Origin: Myxococcota bacterium
Lineage (GTDB): Bacteria > Myxococcota_A > UBA796 > CAJQPC01
Assembly: GCA_036229005.1 (NCBI GenBank)
Contig: JAZAMN010000003.1
Location: 8,202 to 72,201, forward strand
Length of the DNA: 64,000 nt
Direction of reading: 5' to 3'
The notes beneath the pieces are model-generated. The model was not told where the DNA came from and searched no databases. It worked only from the letters and a program-made list of their open reading frames with translations. Position 1 is the stretch's first letter. Each line of letters begins with the position of its first letter. Shown piece by piece: positions 54,996-63,578 of this stretch. Made by a program: the position numbers and the translations under genes.

Positions 54996-57683
54996 TCAGT
55001 GGGCCTCCAGCCACTCAGCAATGGTGGAGCCCATCCAGCCCCCGCTGCCATCGGCCGCTGCCTCCATTCCGGGGCGCAGGCCGGGCCAGTCGGGGGGATC
55101 CCGCAGGATGGGGTCCCAGTGCTCGCGGCTGTTGTGCTGCAGGATGCCGGAGAGCAGCTTGACGGTGCTGGGGGCCTCGGGGAGGCTCATCAGGGCCTGC
55201 ACGCAGTACCGGTGCAGGTAGCCGGGGCGTCCGCGGACCTTGGGCTCCATGCACAGCAGCGCGACGGCGGCCTCCAGGGCTTCGCGGGCCTCGGGGACCT
55301 CGACGAGCAGCATGGCGCAGGCCTCGCGGCCGTGGATCTTGGGGTCGGCCACGGCGTCGATGCGCTCCTGCTGGGACATGGCCTCGGCCTCCAGGCGGTC
55401 GACCCAGCGGGGGGGCTGAACGCCGGCGGCCTCCGCGAGCGCGGCGTCCAGCGTGGGGCAGCGTCCGAAGGCGGCTTCGAGGGCGTCGGGGGAGGGCTGG
55501 AGCGCAAAGAGCTTCATCGCGCGCAGGGCCATGCGGCGGGCGTCCAGATCGGAGCTGTCGTCGTAGCCATAGTGCCTCAGGCAGGCGTCCAGCTCCGGGG
55601 TGGGCTCGCGGCCCTCCAGCAGGGCCAGGCCCAGCTTTGACTGGGGGTAGCGGCTGGCGTAGGGGACGACCCGGCCCAGCTCGGCGCGGTGTGGGGAGCG
55701 CGCGAGGGCCATAAGAGCCATGCCGTTCTCGTTGCCGTCGTTGCGTCCCGCGCTGATCTTGAGGGCCTCACAGACCTCCAGATCCAGGGCCTCCGGGGCA
55801 TAGCTGGCGAGCGCCAGGGCGGCCTCACAGCGCACCTCTCCCAGGCGCAGGCCGCTGACCTTTGCGTAGCGGAGGAGCTGGGTGCGGTCGTCGACCCGGA
55901 GCGCGCCCAGGGCCCGCATCGCCGCGCTCAAGAAAGCCTTGTAGTTCAGGGTGGTGTCGAAGCCGTCGTCTGCGGGGAGCTGGGCGACCAGGGCATTCAG
56001 GGCCGGCCCCGCGGCCTCCACCGAGAGCGCGCCGGCGAGCGTGGGCAGCACCTGGACCTGCCAGGTGTTCAGGGACTCCCTGGGGTCCAGCGGCTCGATG
56101 CCCGCGACGATGGCCGCGTGTCCGGCCGGGTGGAGCTCCACCGCGCTCAGGGCCAGGATGTCTCGCGCCTTGCGTCCGTCCAGGCCACGCTGTCCCTCGG
56201 GCATGGACGAGCCGTGCAGCGCGATCCCGAGCAGCAGGAGCTGTGTGGCGGTGTTCAACGAGAGCGCCGAGCGCCGGACCATGTCCTCCTCCTCCCGGGA
56301 GTACTGCTCACACTCCCCCTCAATGAGCAGGGAGAGGGACTGCCGCAGCGTTCGGTGTTCGGGGGCACACCACAGCGCCTGCAGGGCCACCTGGTTCAAC
56401 TTGGGGTCCTCAAAGCAAGCGAGGACACGCTGGAGCCTCCCGGTCTCATCCAGCTCGGGCAGCTCGGCGACCAGCTTCTTCCGCTCCAGGCGCTCTCGAA
56501 GCGCCCTGGCCTTGGCCTCGGCCTCTCGCTGCTCGGCCCGCGCGGGGTCCAGATCCAGGGCCCGGAAGCGCGCCAGGGAGGCCGGCCAGTCGTGGTGCTT
56601 GCCCAGGCTCTGGCGGCCCGCCTGCAGCTCGCGGATCAGCTTGATGGCGTCCTGGACGATGCGGCCCGGGTGCTCGGCGGCGGCCTCCATGAAGGGCTCC
56701 AGGTGGGGCTCGTCAAAGAGGTAGGCGCGCCAGATGCTGTAGAGCGCGGTCGGTGTCGCCTTGGTGATCATGTCCAGGCGACCCTGCAGAGCGTCGTCGG
56801 GGACCACCTCGTTGAGGTTCTCGTAGAACACGTCCCCGGCCTCTTCGATGCTCCAGTTGGAGGGGTGGCTGAGCAGGGTGAAGATCCAGCGCGCCCGGTA
56901 GCCAAAGTAGAGCGCCGCGGACTGCCCCGGCTCGGCCTTGAAGGGCTCGAAGTCCTCGTCGTAGTCGTCGATCGAGAAGTGCCAGCTCGGGGCCACCTTG
57001 CCGTGCAGGGCCTCGAACGCGGCGGCCTGGACCTCCTCGGAGAGCTGCTCTTCGCCGGCGGCCTTGCACAGGGCGTTCAGGAACACGCTGTGCTGCAGGT
57101 CCGGGCTGAACACGCCGGCAAAGAAGCCGCGGTTGTGGTCCCAGCGCAGGACCTGGGGCTGGGGGTCCCCCGGGTAGGTGTCCAGGTGGAAGCTGTCGCC
57201 GTCGCCCAGGTCACCCAGGGGCAGGGTGCCCGCGAACACCCCGGCCAGGCCGTTGCCCAGGTAGTTGAGCTGGTCGGCCAGCAGGAGCTGCTCAAAGAGG
57301 TTGATGCCTTCGGGCGGCAGGCGCACCTGGCGGGAGACCAGGCGGAGCTCATCGAAGGTGGAGTAGGGGTTGACCTGGCCCTGGACCGCGCGCTCGAAGT
57401 CGACAAAGCGCTGCGGCGCGGGGATGCCCAGCGTCGGCTCGATGTCGCGGCTGTCACCGGTCCACAGGCCGTGGCTGGCTGCCATGGCCTCGCGCTGCCA
57501 CTGGGGGCCTTCGTGGTGGGCGAAGTCCTCGGCCGAGGCGGTGGGGTAGGGGCCTTGGGGCGGGAGCTGTCCCTCCTCCTCCGGGAGCCCGTTCTGGGCA
57601 CAGACGAAGCGCCGCAGCCGGGAGAGAGGACCGTCCAGGAAGCCCTCGGGGCCGTCCTGGAAGAGGGGGTCGAGCTCAGACAT
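54996..57683 (-). CDS. large (895 aa) hypothetical cytoplasmic protein with a helical-repeat C-terminal half
   Basis: Protein-like composition throughout and no signal peptide. I see no catalytic motif. The opposite-strand ORFs are Arg/Gly-rich shadows. Confidence 0.6.
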   Translation of the reverse strand: MSELDPLFQDGPEGFLDGPLSRLRRFVCAQNGLPEEEGQLPPQGPYPTASAEDFAHHEGPQWQREAMAASHGLWTGDSRDIEPTLGIPAPQRFVDFERAVQGQVNPYSTFDELRLVSRQVRLPPEGINLFEQLLLADQLNYLGNGLAGVFAGTLPLGDLGDGDSFHLDTYPGDPQPQVLRWDHNRGFFAGVFSPDLQHSVFLNALCKAAGEEQLSEEVQAAAFEALHGKVAPSWHFSIDDYDEDFEPFKAEPGQSAALYFGYRARWIFTLLSHPSNWSIEEAGDVFYENLNEVVPDDALQGRLDMITKATPTALYSIWRAYLFDEPHLEPFMEAAAEHPGRIVQDAIKLIRELQAGRQSLGKHHDWPASLARFRALDLDPARAEQREAEAKARALRERLERKKLVAELPELDETGRLQRVLACFEDPKLNQVALQALWCAPEHRTLRQSLSLLIEGECEQYSREEEDMVRRSALSLNTATQLLLLGIALHGSSMPEGQRGLDGRKARDILALSAVELHPAGHAAIVAGIEPLDPRESLNTWQVQVLPTLAGALSVEAAGPALNALVAQLPADDGFDTTLNYKAFLSAAMRALGALRVDDRTQLLRYAKVSGLRLGEVRCEAALALASYAPEALDLEVCEALKISAGRNDGNENGMALMALARSPHRAELGRVVPYASRYPQSKLGLALLEGREPTPELDACLRHYGYDDSSDLDARRMALRAMKLFALQPSPDALEAAFGRCPTLDAALAEAAGVQPPRWVDRLEAEAMSQQERIDAVADPKIHGREACAMLLVEVPEAREALEAAVALLCMEPKVRGRPGYLHRYCVQALMSLPEAPSTVKLLSGILQHNSREHWDPILRDPPDWPGLRPGMEAAADGSGGWMGSTIAEWLEAH

Positions 57684-57770
57684 TGGGTGCCTCCGGGGTC
57701 ATGCCCAGAGACTACCGGGGCGTCGGCGCTCGCCTCCAGACAGACGCGCTGAGACGCGCTGAGATGCCGC

Positions 57771-59183
57771 TCAGGGGGTGGGCTGCTCGGCCTCGGGGAC
57801 CTGCTCCCCCTTGATCCCCAGGCGGCTGGCCTCCTCCCGGAGCTCCTCCTTGATCTTGCGGCGGTGGGCGTTCAGGTCCCGCACGGTGGCGATCTCCCCG
57901 CGCTTGTCGTAGTCGGCCCGCACCACCGCCATGCGCTCGTTCACCGCCGCCCGCGCGGCCTCGTTGTAGTCGCGCTGCTGCTCCGCCCACTCCATGAAGC
58001 TCAGTCGCTGCTCGCGCTTGGCCGCCAGGAAGGAGTCCAGCTTCTCGCCGGGGGTCATGGGCGCGATGGCCTCGACGCTCTCCTTCCAGCCGGTCATCTC
58101 GCCCACCGGGACCTCGGAGTCCACGATGGTGCCCTTGGCGGAGGCGACCTCCAGGACGCCCTGCCCCCAGCGCTGGTCGATGCGGAAGTCCAGGTTGCCC
58201 GAGAGCTTGAGGCGCATCTCGTAGACCTGGTCACCGTCGCGGCGGCGCAGCATGTAGCGGCCGGGGGGCAGGGCCAGCACGATCTGCTCGTCGGGGGACT
58301 TGTGGAGCTCGGCCACGAGCTGCTTCCCGGGGTCGGTGAGCACCAGGATGTGGCCGCCAAAGCCCGGCTTGAGGGTCACCCGCGCGTCGTCGTGGGTCAG
58401 GCGGGTCAGCGGCAGCTCGCCCTGGCCCTTGAGGTGCGTCTCGTAGACCGGGTGCTGGGTGCCCGCCAGGGTCCCGTCGGTGCTGGTGACCGTGCGCTCG
58501 TAGGCGTAGCTGTAGGCCTCGTTCAGGGAGACCACGCCATCGCCGTTGTCGGCCGCGCCGCGCAGCCCGGTGACCAGGTGGTGGGTGAAGAAGCTGCCCG
58601 CCAGCCGGTCGGACTCCTGGGCCCGCTCGCTCGCGGAGGAGGCGGTGATCCACACCTCGCCGGTCGACGACAGCGAGGTCCCCAGGAAGGGGTCCACGAC
58701 CTGCGCGCCCTTGGAGCTGGTGATGGCGCCCGACTGGCAGGCGTCCAGCACGCCCAGGCGCACCTCGGCGTCGATGCGCGTGATGTCCTCGCGCAGGGTC
58801 TCGAAGCGGTAACGGCTCTCCCCAAGCCGCAGCCCAGCCGCGTCGGCGTGCCCCGAATAGTAGAAGAAGAACAGCTCCTCCTCCTCCTGCCCCGAGGCCG
58901 TCGCGAAGGCCTCCAGCCATTGGGACAGCTCGCCCACGGTGGGGGAGTCCAGGACCACCACGTCCTCCGGGTTGAAGCCGCCCAGGTCGATCAGGGTCTC
59001 GGCGACCCGGTGGGCGTCCTTCTCGGCGTACTGCAGGGTCTCCAGGTCCAGTCCACCGTCGTTGTGGCCCACAACCAGGGCGCGCCGCACGACCTCGGCC
59101 TGGGCGTCGGACGCGGCGAAGGCCGACACCGCCAGGGCGCCGACCAGGGTGGAGCGGGAGAGGGCTCGGAGCGCGCGGGACAT
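57771..59183 (-). CDS. secreted caspase-fold (peptidase C14) protein
   Basis: Signal MSRALRALSRSTLVGALAVSAFAASDAQA. Catalytic dyad context FFFYYSGHADAAG and GVLDACQSGA. Beta-rich and helical C-terminal regions. Confidence 0.8.
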   Translation of the reverse strand: MSRALRALSRSTLVGALAVSAFAASDAQAEVVRRALVVGHNDGGLDLETLQYAEKDAHRVAETLIDLGGFNPEDVVVLDSPTVGELSQWLEAFATASGQEEEELFFFYYSGHADAAGLRLGESRYRFETLREDITRIDAEVRLGVLDACQSGAITSSKGAQVVDPFLGTSLSSTGEVWITASSASERAQESDRLAGSFFTHHLVTGLRGAADNGDGVVSLNEAYSYAYERTVTSTDGTLAGTQHPVYETHLKGQGELPLTRLTHDDARVTLKPGFGGHILVLTDPGKQLVAELHKSPDEQIVLALPPGRYMLRRRDGDQVYEMRLKLSGNLDFRIDQRWGQGVLEVASAKGTIVDSEVPVGEMTGWKESVEAIAPMTPGEKLDSFLAAKREQRLSFMEWAEQQRDYNEAARAAVNERMAVVRADYDKRGEIATVRDLNAHRRKIKEELREEASRLGIKGEQVPEAEQPTP

Positions 59184-59186
59184 CAG

Positions 59187-59909
59187 CTACTCCTTCTCAA
59201 AGTGCAGGGTGCGCAGGACCCCACCGTCCGGGACATCGTGCTTCAAGATTGCCTGACGGATCTGGGCCTCGCTGGGCTGCTCGCGGGTGAACAGGGCGTA
59301 GAAACGCTGCTCCCCCGGCGTTCCATCCATCTGCAGGGCAAAGGGGGCCTGCAGGATCTGCAGCTCGGAGTCGGCCTTGATGGTGCCGTAGAGCTCCACG
59401 ACCCCGTGCCCGTCCACTCCGCCAAAGCTCACGTAGGGCCGCTCCATCGTCGAGAACTTGAGCTGCAGCACGTCCCCGGCGTGGAGCACGTCGTCCGTGT
59501 CCAACAGCACCGGGCCCTCGCGGGTGTCCAGCCAGGCCTCCAGCAGGATGTGCTCGCCCTTGGAGCGGGTCTGCGCGTAGGGGTTGTCCGAGGCAGGCTC
59601 CTTCGGGGAGAGGAGCAGCGGGAAGGCCACCAGCACTGCTGCAGCCACCGCCATCAACACCCAGCGCCAGGCACTGTTGTCATTGGCTGGCATCGGCGAG
59701 GTGCGGCTGCCCGGCTCCCGCTCGGCGGCGCGGCGGATCGCCTCTGGGACGGGCTCAAGCACGAAGGCGTTGCGGTTGGCCTCCTGGGCGCCCAGGCGGC
59801 CCGCGCAGCGCTCACAGTCCTGGATGTGGGCCCGGGCCTGGGCCTCCGCGGCGGGGTCCAGCTCGCCGTAGCGGAGCTGGTTCAGCATCAGGGTGGAGAG
59901 GTGGGACAT
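59187..59909 (-). CDS. anti-sigma factor (zf-HC2, one TM, periplasmic DUF4384-like domain)
   Basis: H-x3-C-x2-C in AHIQDCERCAGRL. TM segment AWRWVLMAVAAAVLVAFPLLL. The periplasmic part reads LHAGDVLQLKFSTMERPYVSFGGVDGHGVVELYG...GEQRFYALFT. Ends 3 nt before the caspase-fold gene. Confidence 0.75.
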   Translation of the reverse strand: MSHLSTLMLNQLRYGELDPAAEAQARAHIQDCERCAGRLGAQEANRNAFVLEPVPEAIRRAAEREPGSRTSPMPANDNSAWRWVLMAVAAAVLVAFPLLLSPKEPASDNPYAQTRSKGEHILLEAWLDTREGPVLLDTDDVLHAGDVLQLKFSTMERPYVSFGGVDGHGVVELYGTIKADSELQILQAPFALQMDGTPGEQRFYALFTREQPSEAQIRQAILKHDVPDGGVLRTLHFEKE

Positions 59910-59919
59910 GGTCTGGTCC

Positions 59920-60525
59920 TCAGAGGGCGTTGAGCTCTTGGAGCCACGGGGGAGGGTTCGTCTCGAGCTGGGCCTTGAACTTGGCCACGCGCTTGCGGAT
60001 GGCGGCGGCGCTCAGGCCCAGCAGATCGCCGATCTCGGCGTAGGTCATGCCGTCGACGTAGTGGTACAGCACGCAGTCCTGGGTGCCCTCGTCCGCCTCG
60101 TCCAGCAGACGGGCCACGAGATCGCGCAGGTCCGCGCCGGTGAGAAAGGTGTCTTCGACCGGGACCACGGCCTCCTCTTCCTGGAGGTCCTCGCGGCGCC
60201 GGCCGCGGGAGCGCAGGCGGTTCAGGCAGGTCGTCGTGGTGACCTTGAACAGCCAGGTGCTGGGCCGGGACTCACCCCGGAAGCTGTCGCGGTAGCGGTG
60301 GGCCTTCAAGAAGACCTCCTGGCAGACATCCTGGGCGTCGGCCTCGTTGCGCAGCAGGCTGCGGCAGCGGCCCAGGACCATGTCGCCATAGGCGCGGTAG
60401 AGAGCCTCGACATCGAGTTCCACGGAGGTGCCCGCCTTGCTTTGAGCGTTGCTCTGGCGCTGGGCCCTAACCCGGGGAGAGGCCACGGCGGCCTCCCCCT
60501 GGGCGGAGGGATGTCCTGGGGACAT
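59920..60525 (-). CDS. ECF (sigma-70 family group 4) sigma factor
   Basis: Region 2 is DAQDVCQEVFLKAHRYRDSF...STWLFKVTTTTCLNRLR; region 4 is YHYVDGMTYAEIGDLLGLSAAAIRKRVAKFK. The start is uncertain: ATG 60525, the ORF start at 60555, or GTG 60423. Confidence 0.85.
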   Translation of the reverse strand: MSPGHPSAQGEAAVASPRVRAQRQSNAQSKAGTSVELDVEALYRAYGDMVLGRCRSLLRNEADAQDVCQEVFLKAHRYRDSFRGESRPSTWLFKVTTTTCLNRLRSRGRRREDLQEEEAVVPVEDTFLTGADLRDLVARLLDEADEGTQDCVLYHYVDGMTYAEIGDLLGLSAAAIRKRVAKFKAQLETNPPPWLQELNAL

Positions 60526-60545
60526 CGGGATGGCGGCGCTGCGGC

Positions 60546-61034
60546 TCACTCGCACTCGCCGGAGTCGTCGCTGCCCCAGTCCGTGCCGCTGTGGCCGGAC
60601 CCGACGGGGTAGATGGTGAAGGCACCCGGCAGCAGCTCGGCGTCACCGTCGGCGAACTCCAGGATGGCGTCGACCTCACCGAGCTCGGCGTCCTCGTCCA
60701 CCGACAGGATCGTGGTGATCTGGCCGTCCTCGACGACCTGGGCCATCACCTCGACGTCGCCGTAGAACACCATCGTGGCCTCGCTCAGGTCGAGCTCGCC
60801 GCTCTCCAGGCTGAGGATCCCGGCAAAGGTCTCGCCCTGCTCTGCGTGGCCGGGAACGAACTTGAGGACCGCAGGCTCAGCCTCCTCGCCGTCCTCGTCC
60901 ACCGCGGTGTCGTCGTCCCACTCGTCCAGCTCGCAGCCCCACTCGTCGTCCGAGCAATCGCCGTCGTAGTAGATGCAGCCAGAGGTGATGGACAGGAATC
61001 CCAGCAGGGGGAGGGCGCTCAGGTACTTGCTCAT
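60546..61034 (-). CDS. hypothetical acidic lipoprotein, first gene of the ECF operon
   Basis: MSKYLSALPLLGFLSITSGC lipobox. Cys- and Asp/Glu-rich N-terminal part (CIYYDGDCSDDEWGCELDEWDDD), then a beta-rich domain. Confidence 0.55.
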   Translation of the reverse strand: MSKYLSALPLLGFLSITSGCIYYDGDCSDDEWGCELDEWDDDTAVDEDGEEAEPAVLKFVPGHAEQGETFAGILSLESGELDLSEATMVFYGDVEVMAQVVEDGQITTILSVDEDAELGEVDAILEFADGDAELLPGAFTIYPVGSGHSGTDWGSDDSGECE

Positions 61035-61161
61035 GGGGGTGTCTCCTCGAATGTCGACCGCGACGGTTGTTGTCGGTCGGCTCTATGGACACCGCCTCTG
61101 GCTCTGGGCGTTACCGCTGGATCGGAATAAGGGATCAGCGCTTGTAACAAAGAAGAAACGA

Positions 61162-61977
61162 ATGCCTGAAAAAGCTTATAAGAACCTGGATTTTCTCAAC
61201 TCGCCCGCCGCTCGACTCATCCGGATCCAGTGTGAGTACAGCGAGCCGCAGGCCCGCTTCCGCCGCATGGGCGTCGAAGACACCATCGTGATGTACGGCT
61301 CGGCACGCACGCTGCCGGGCAACGTGGCTCAGCTTCGCCTGCAACACGCCAAGGAGGCCCTGGCCAAGGCCAAGGGCAAGGAGGAGAAGGCCAAGCTCGA
61401 GGCCGAGCTCAAGGTGGCCGAGGGCAAGCTCGCCAACTCCCGCTACTACGACGAGACCCGCGAGCTGGCCCGCCGCCTGACCCGCTGGGGCATGACCCGC
61501 CCCGGTGGCCGCGAGTACCTGATCTGCACGGGCGGTGGCCCCGGCATCATGGAGGCCGGAAACCGCGGCGCCGCCGATGTCGAGGGGGGCCGCAGCGTCG
61601 GCCTGGGCATCAGCCTGCCCTTCGAGGAGCGCCTGAACCAGTACGTCTCCAAGGACCTGGGCTTCGTGTTCCACTACTTCTTCATGCGGAAGTACTGGTT
61701 CATGTACCTGGCCAAGGCCATGGTGGTGCTGCCCGGCGGCTTCGGCACGCTGGACGAGCTCTTCGAGCTGCTGACCCTGCGCCAGACCGGAAAGGTCCGC
61801 AAGCAGCTCCCGATCGTGCTCTTCGGCAAGGCCTACTGGGAGAAGGTGCTCAACCTGCAGGCCATGGTGGACTACGGCACCATCGCGCCGGATGACCTGG
61901 ACATGTTCTTCACCACGGACTCCGTGGACGAAGCCTACGAGTTCCTGACCGTCCAGCTCCGCAAGGTCTGGGGTTAG
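61162..61977 (+). CDS. LOG/TIGR00730-family nucleotide 5'-monophosphate nucleosidase-like protein
   Basis: TGGGPGIMEAGNRGA and VVLPGGFGTLDELFE (PGGxGTxxE) motifs. 271 aa from ATG 61162, which is preceded by an AT-rich leader. Confidence 0.8.
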   Translation: MPEKAYKNLDFLNSPAARLIRIQCEYSEPQARFRRMGVEDTIVMYGSARTLPGNVAQLRLQHAKEALAKAKGKEEKAKLEAELKVAEGKLANSRYYDETRELARRLTRWGMTRPGGREYLICTGGGPGIMEAGNRGAADVEGGRSVGLGISLPFEERLNQYVSKDLGFVFHYFFMRKYWFMYLAKAMVVLPGGFGTLDELFELLTLRQTGKVRKQLPIVLFGKAYWEKVLNLQAMVDYGTIAPDDLDMFFTTDSVDEAYEFLTVQLRKVWG

Positions 61978-61986
61978 TCCAGCTCG

Positions 61987-63042
61987 ATGCAGACCACCCA
62001 CCGCTTGCTCCTTGGCGATGCCCGCGAGCTGGCGGGGGTGGATCCGGGGTCGGTGCAGCTCGTCCTGACCTCGCCGCCCTACCCGATGGTGCAGATGTGG
62101 GATCCGGCCTTCGGGGCCATGGATCCCCGCATCCAGCAGCACCTCGCCGATGCCGACGGGCTCGCTGCCTTTGAGGCCATGCACGCCCAGCTCGATGCGG
62201 TGTGGGCGCGCTGTGTGGACGCCCTGATCCCCGGCGGCTTCTGCTGCATCAACATCGGGGACGCCACCCGGTCGCTGGGGGGGCAGTTCCGCCTCTTCCA
62301 CAACCACGCCCGCATCGTGCAGAGCATGGTGGCGCTGGGCATGAGCGTGCTGCCGGACATCCTCTGGCGAAAGCCCACGAACGCCCCCAGCAAGTTCATG
62401 GGCTCGGGGATGCTGCCGGCGGGGGCCTACGTCACCTATGAGCACGAATACGTGCTGATCTTCCGCAAGGGCGGCAAGCGCGCGTTCAGCAGCCAGGAGC
62501 AGCGGGCCAGGCGCAGCCGCAGCGCCTACTTCTGGGAGGAGCGCAACCTGTGGTTCTCGGACCTCTGGGAGCTCCATGGCGCGCGTCAGAAGCGGACCAG
62601 CGGGGGCCGGGACCGCAGCGCGGCCTTCCCCTTGGAGCTGCCCTACCGGCTCATCCAGATGTACTCCGTGCAGGGGGACTGCGTGTTGGACCCCTTCGTG
62701 GGGACCGGGACCACCCTCCAGGCCGCGCTGGCGAGCGGACGCAGCAGCGTTGGGGTGGAGATCGACCCCGAGCTGGCCCAGGGCGTGCTCCCCGGGCTGG
62801 AGGCTTCGCAGGGGCTGGGGGAGGCTCTGGGTGCTCGGCGCTTGAGGGCCCACCAGGACTTCGTGCGGGGCCGCCTGGAGGCTGGAAAGGACTTCAAGCA
62901 CGCAAGCGAGGTCTACGCTTTCCCTGTGGTGACCCGGCAGGAGCGCACGCTGGAGCTGCTGGCCTGCGTCGGGGTCGAGCGGGCAGGGGACAGTCTCCGG
63001 GCGGAGCACGCCCGCTGCACCCTGGAGCCCAGCGTGGGATAG
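61987..63042 (+). CDS. beta-class N4/N6 DNA methyltransferase (SPPY motif), apparently orphan
   Basis: Motif IV LVLTSPPYP lies near the N-terminus and motif I VLDPFVGTGTTLQAA near residue 235, the beta-class order. About 100 aa of C-terminal extension. No nuclease gene adjacent. Confidence 0.85.
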   Translation: MQTTHRLLLGDARELAGVDPGSVQLVLTSPPYPMVQMWDPAFGAMDPRIQQHLADADGLAAFEAMHAQLDAVWARCVDALIPGGFCCINIGDATRSLGGQFRLFHNHARIVQSMVALGMSVLPDILWRKPTNAPSKFMGSGMLPAGAYVTYEHEYVLIFRKGGKRAFSSQEQRARRSRSAYFWEERNLWFSDLWELHGARQKRTSGGRDRSAAFPLELPYRLIQMYSVQGDCVLDPFVGTGTTLQAALASGRSSVGVEIDPELAQGVLPGLEASQGLGEALGARRLRAHQDFVRGRLEAGKDFKHASEVYAFPVVTRQERTLELLACVGVERAGDSLRAEHARCTLEPSVG

Positions 63043-63064
63043 TGGGGCCCCCCTGGAGGTCCCC

Positions 63065-63523
63065 ATGTCCCGCTTTGGAATCCGCAAGCGCCTCAAGTCC
63101 GCCCTGGGGATGGGCAAGGGTCCGCAGATCGTGCGCCACCGGGTGACCTTTGTGCTCCCCGACGGCAGCGAGCAGGTGATCGAGGCAGAAGAGCACTACT
63201 CGCTGCTCATGGCGGCCGACGCTGCGGGGATCACCATCTCCACCGGGCGCCGCGCGGGCGGCACCTGTCCGGACGGCCTCTGCGGCCTCTGCCGGGTCGA
63301 GGTGCTGGACAGCGCGGGCCTCTCCGCCAAGAAGGACGCCGAGCAGAAGGCGATCGACGATCACGTCGCCGGCACCCCCCACGAGGGCCGGGAGCGAAAG
63401 CCGGGGCCCCCCGCGACCCCCAACAGCCGGCTGGGCTGCCACGCCAAGATCCGCGGGCCCGGAGCCCGGATCCAGGTCCAGGCGCTCTTCGATCCGGACA
63501 GCATCATGGGAACGGACGAATAG
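63065..63523 (+). CDS. 2Fe-2S ferredoxin-like protein
   Basis: VTFVLPDGSEQVIEAEEHYSLLMAADAAGI... with Cys pattern C-x4-C-x2-C...C (GGTCPDGLCGLCRVEV ... LGCHAKI). Confidence 0.6.
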   Translation: MSRFGIRKRLKSALGMGKGPQIVRHRVTFVLPDGSEQVIEAEEHYSLLMAADAAGITISTGRRAGGTCPDGLCGLCRVEVLDSAGLSAKKDAEQKAIDDHVAGTPHEGRERKPGPPATPNSRLGCHAKIRGPGARIQVQALFDPDSIMGTDE

Positions 63524-63578
63524 CGCTGGATCGCGTGCGGGGCTTGCCGGGCGAGACCCGTCCGGCTTAGTCCACCCA

